A stretch of 64,000 nucleotides of DNA from Enoplolaimus lenunculus (lineage: Eukaryota). The notes beneath the pieces are model-generated. The model was given only the letters and a program-made list of their open reading frames with translations. It searched no databases and had not been told where the DNA came from. How positions within the stretch are numbered: position 1 is the first letter of the stretch; each line of letters starts with the position of its first letter. Below, piece after piece: positions 62,135-64,000 of the stretch. The stretch spans positions 62,001-126,000 of the forward strand of contig JASANG010003525.1 in assembly GCA_030248215.1 (NCBI GenBank), in the 5' to 3' direction. Both the position numbers and the translations under genes were made by a program.

Positions 62135-64000
62135 TAAAAGTTGAAATTTCAAGACAATTTTTGTGCATACTGCGTATAACCATTTGTCTAAACAAAAAAT
62201 ATAAGGTTCGGGTTTTAGTAATAAATTTAGACAATTTTGTTTTGTTGCACGTTGGCTATAATTGTCGGAAGACGCTGTGAAAATTTATTACGCAATAGCG
62301 CAAATTTTGTATCTTTCAAACCCCACCAAGAGTCACACTGTTAACTCTGACTACAACACACAGCAATTATGGTTGTTAACTTTTTTAATTCAGAAAATAC
62401 AAAACAAAAATTATAGCAACATCATTTTACTTAAATTGATTGCATAATTTCGTTCTCGGTATAGTATAAAAGTTGTCAGAAACTTATTTTAAACAAAAAA
62501 AAACTTTTTCGCTAAATCCGTAAACGAAGTCTGACGTGTTTCTTGGCGACAAGACATTTTATTGTATGCAGTAAATTTGACAATCACACAACTCTGTAAA
62601 GTCCGAACCGGATTCAAATTCAATACAACGGTACCATTTGATACTGTGAGCGCTTACGCCAGGTTCTTAACTGCAAACGATAATTTGATTCGTGTAAGGC
62701 TGTAAGGGTTGTGATGTAATCAGATATTCATTTTCGTTTTTGTTAAACAATCACTATACCGTAGTACGGAACAAATTGCCACGCCAGGTACAATCGGATG
62801 TCTGACTTCGACTTCGGCAGAAAATCGACATCCAGCTCAAGTAGAATTTCTATCAGAGGTTTCGACACTTTTGGTAGTTAAATTTTGCATAGTTTTACTG
62901 AATTTGTTTGTTGCGTTTCGTTTTAATAGCTTTTGGTACAATTCTGAGGAAAACGCTTTTTCGCATCCGGTTGCACCCTGCGGATGCGGAAATTGTTAAA
63001 CAATCTGGTCTTCAGTTCTGAATAGCGAAACTGGATATTCAAAAATTTATTTACTAAATTTTGGTTGTCTGAACGATAGCACATATTTTAGTTGATTTTC
63101 AAGACACACAAGTTTTATATTAGGCTACAATACGACATACTTCAAAACAGAAAGTTTAGTTGGGCGAAACCGCAGAACAACCAATTACATAGGCATAAAT
63201 TTCGCTCATTTTACAAACACTCGACGGCGCTGCACAGTTACCCTTAGAAGACAAACGGAGCAACTTGCTTAACATGTATTACAACAAAAAGACTCAATGG
63301 CTTGGTTCCTGAAATCTTACTTAAGTATTTACTGTAGTGACCCGAATAAGAGGGGGACTGATAGTTATTTGGCCTCTCCAGATGGCACCCCCCGGTTATT
63401 TGACTACGGACTGTTACTCATTTTTAACTGGCCACTCGCCGCCCTGCGTTACTGATATATATCTGATATTGCAAATGTCAGTCGAATTAAGCGTTTATAT
63501 GTCTTGCGATAATGCAAAGTTATACTTAAGAATGTACTTTAAAACTTAAGTACGCTTTAGATTCGAACTCAACTTTATTTGGTCCTGGAGTTATTTGTAC
63601 GTTAAAGTTAGGGAAAATGGACACTTATGGACTCTAATTAGGGTTCAAAAACTCTATCCGCTTACGGACTCTTCAGGGATACGGTCTCCGATTTAAAATG
63701 GGGGCACACTCTTGTTAGGGTCACTACAGTATATATTTACATATGTTATACTTAAGTTATATTTGTTCACGCCGCCGACTTAAGTAAATACTTAACGTTT
63801 GTGCAAAAACAAAACCGCCAAATTTGAGCCATTGTCATAACATATATATTAATGGAGGCACTATGAGTCTACAATTTCATTTAGACCAAGGTTAATATGC
63901 ATAACCTGTTTATTTGTAATACATCAAATTTAGTGAGTGACTTACGAATTTACTTGACTTAATTACGCGTTTAAGAACGACAAAATGGTTAACTGCTTAC

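Overview
AT-rich metazoan nuclear DNA with GT-AG spliceosomal introns and a very high MITE density; the species cannot be determined from sequence alone. (1) A complete, phase-consistent 9-exon LIV-1-type ZIP metal transporter gene (SLC39A, ZIP4/ZIP12-like; minus strand, CDS 50329-35311, 534 aa). It appears to lack the usual N-terminal ectodomain, and it carries a His-rich TM2-TM3 loop with an RAKR furin-type site, a PPxY motif and substitutions at conserved acidic residues. (2) A convergent plus-strand multi-exon gene ending at 32401, encoding an unrecognised N-terminal region and two C-x2-C-x12-H-x5-H zinc fingers. (3) A defective Mag-type Gypsy LTR retrotransposon (37457-42094), antisense in ZIP intron 7 and nested inside a MITE. 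(4) About ten families of non-autonomous DNA transposons, most notably roughly 25 GGCC-ended, 8-bp-TSD (Merlin-like) MITEs carrying variable telomere-like (TTAGGC)n arrays. (5) A homogeneous 118-bp tandem array at about 57.1-58.6 kb, preceded by two related 146-bp units. All gene models were assembled by eye from splice signals and reading-frame phase; no database search was run.
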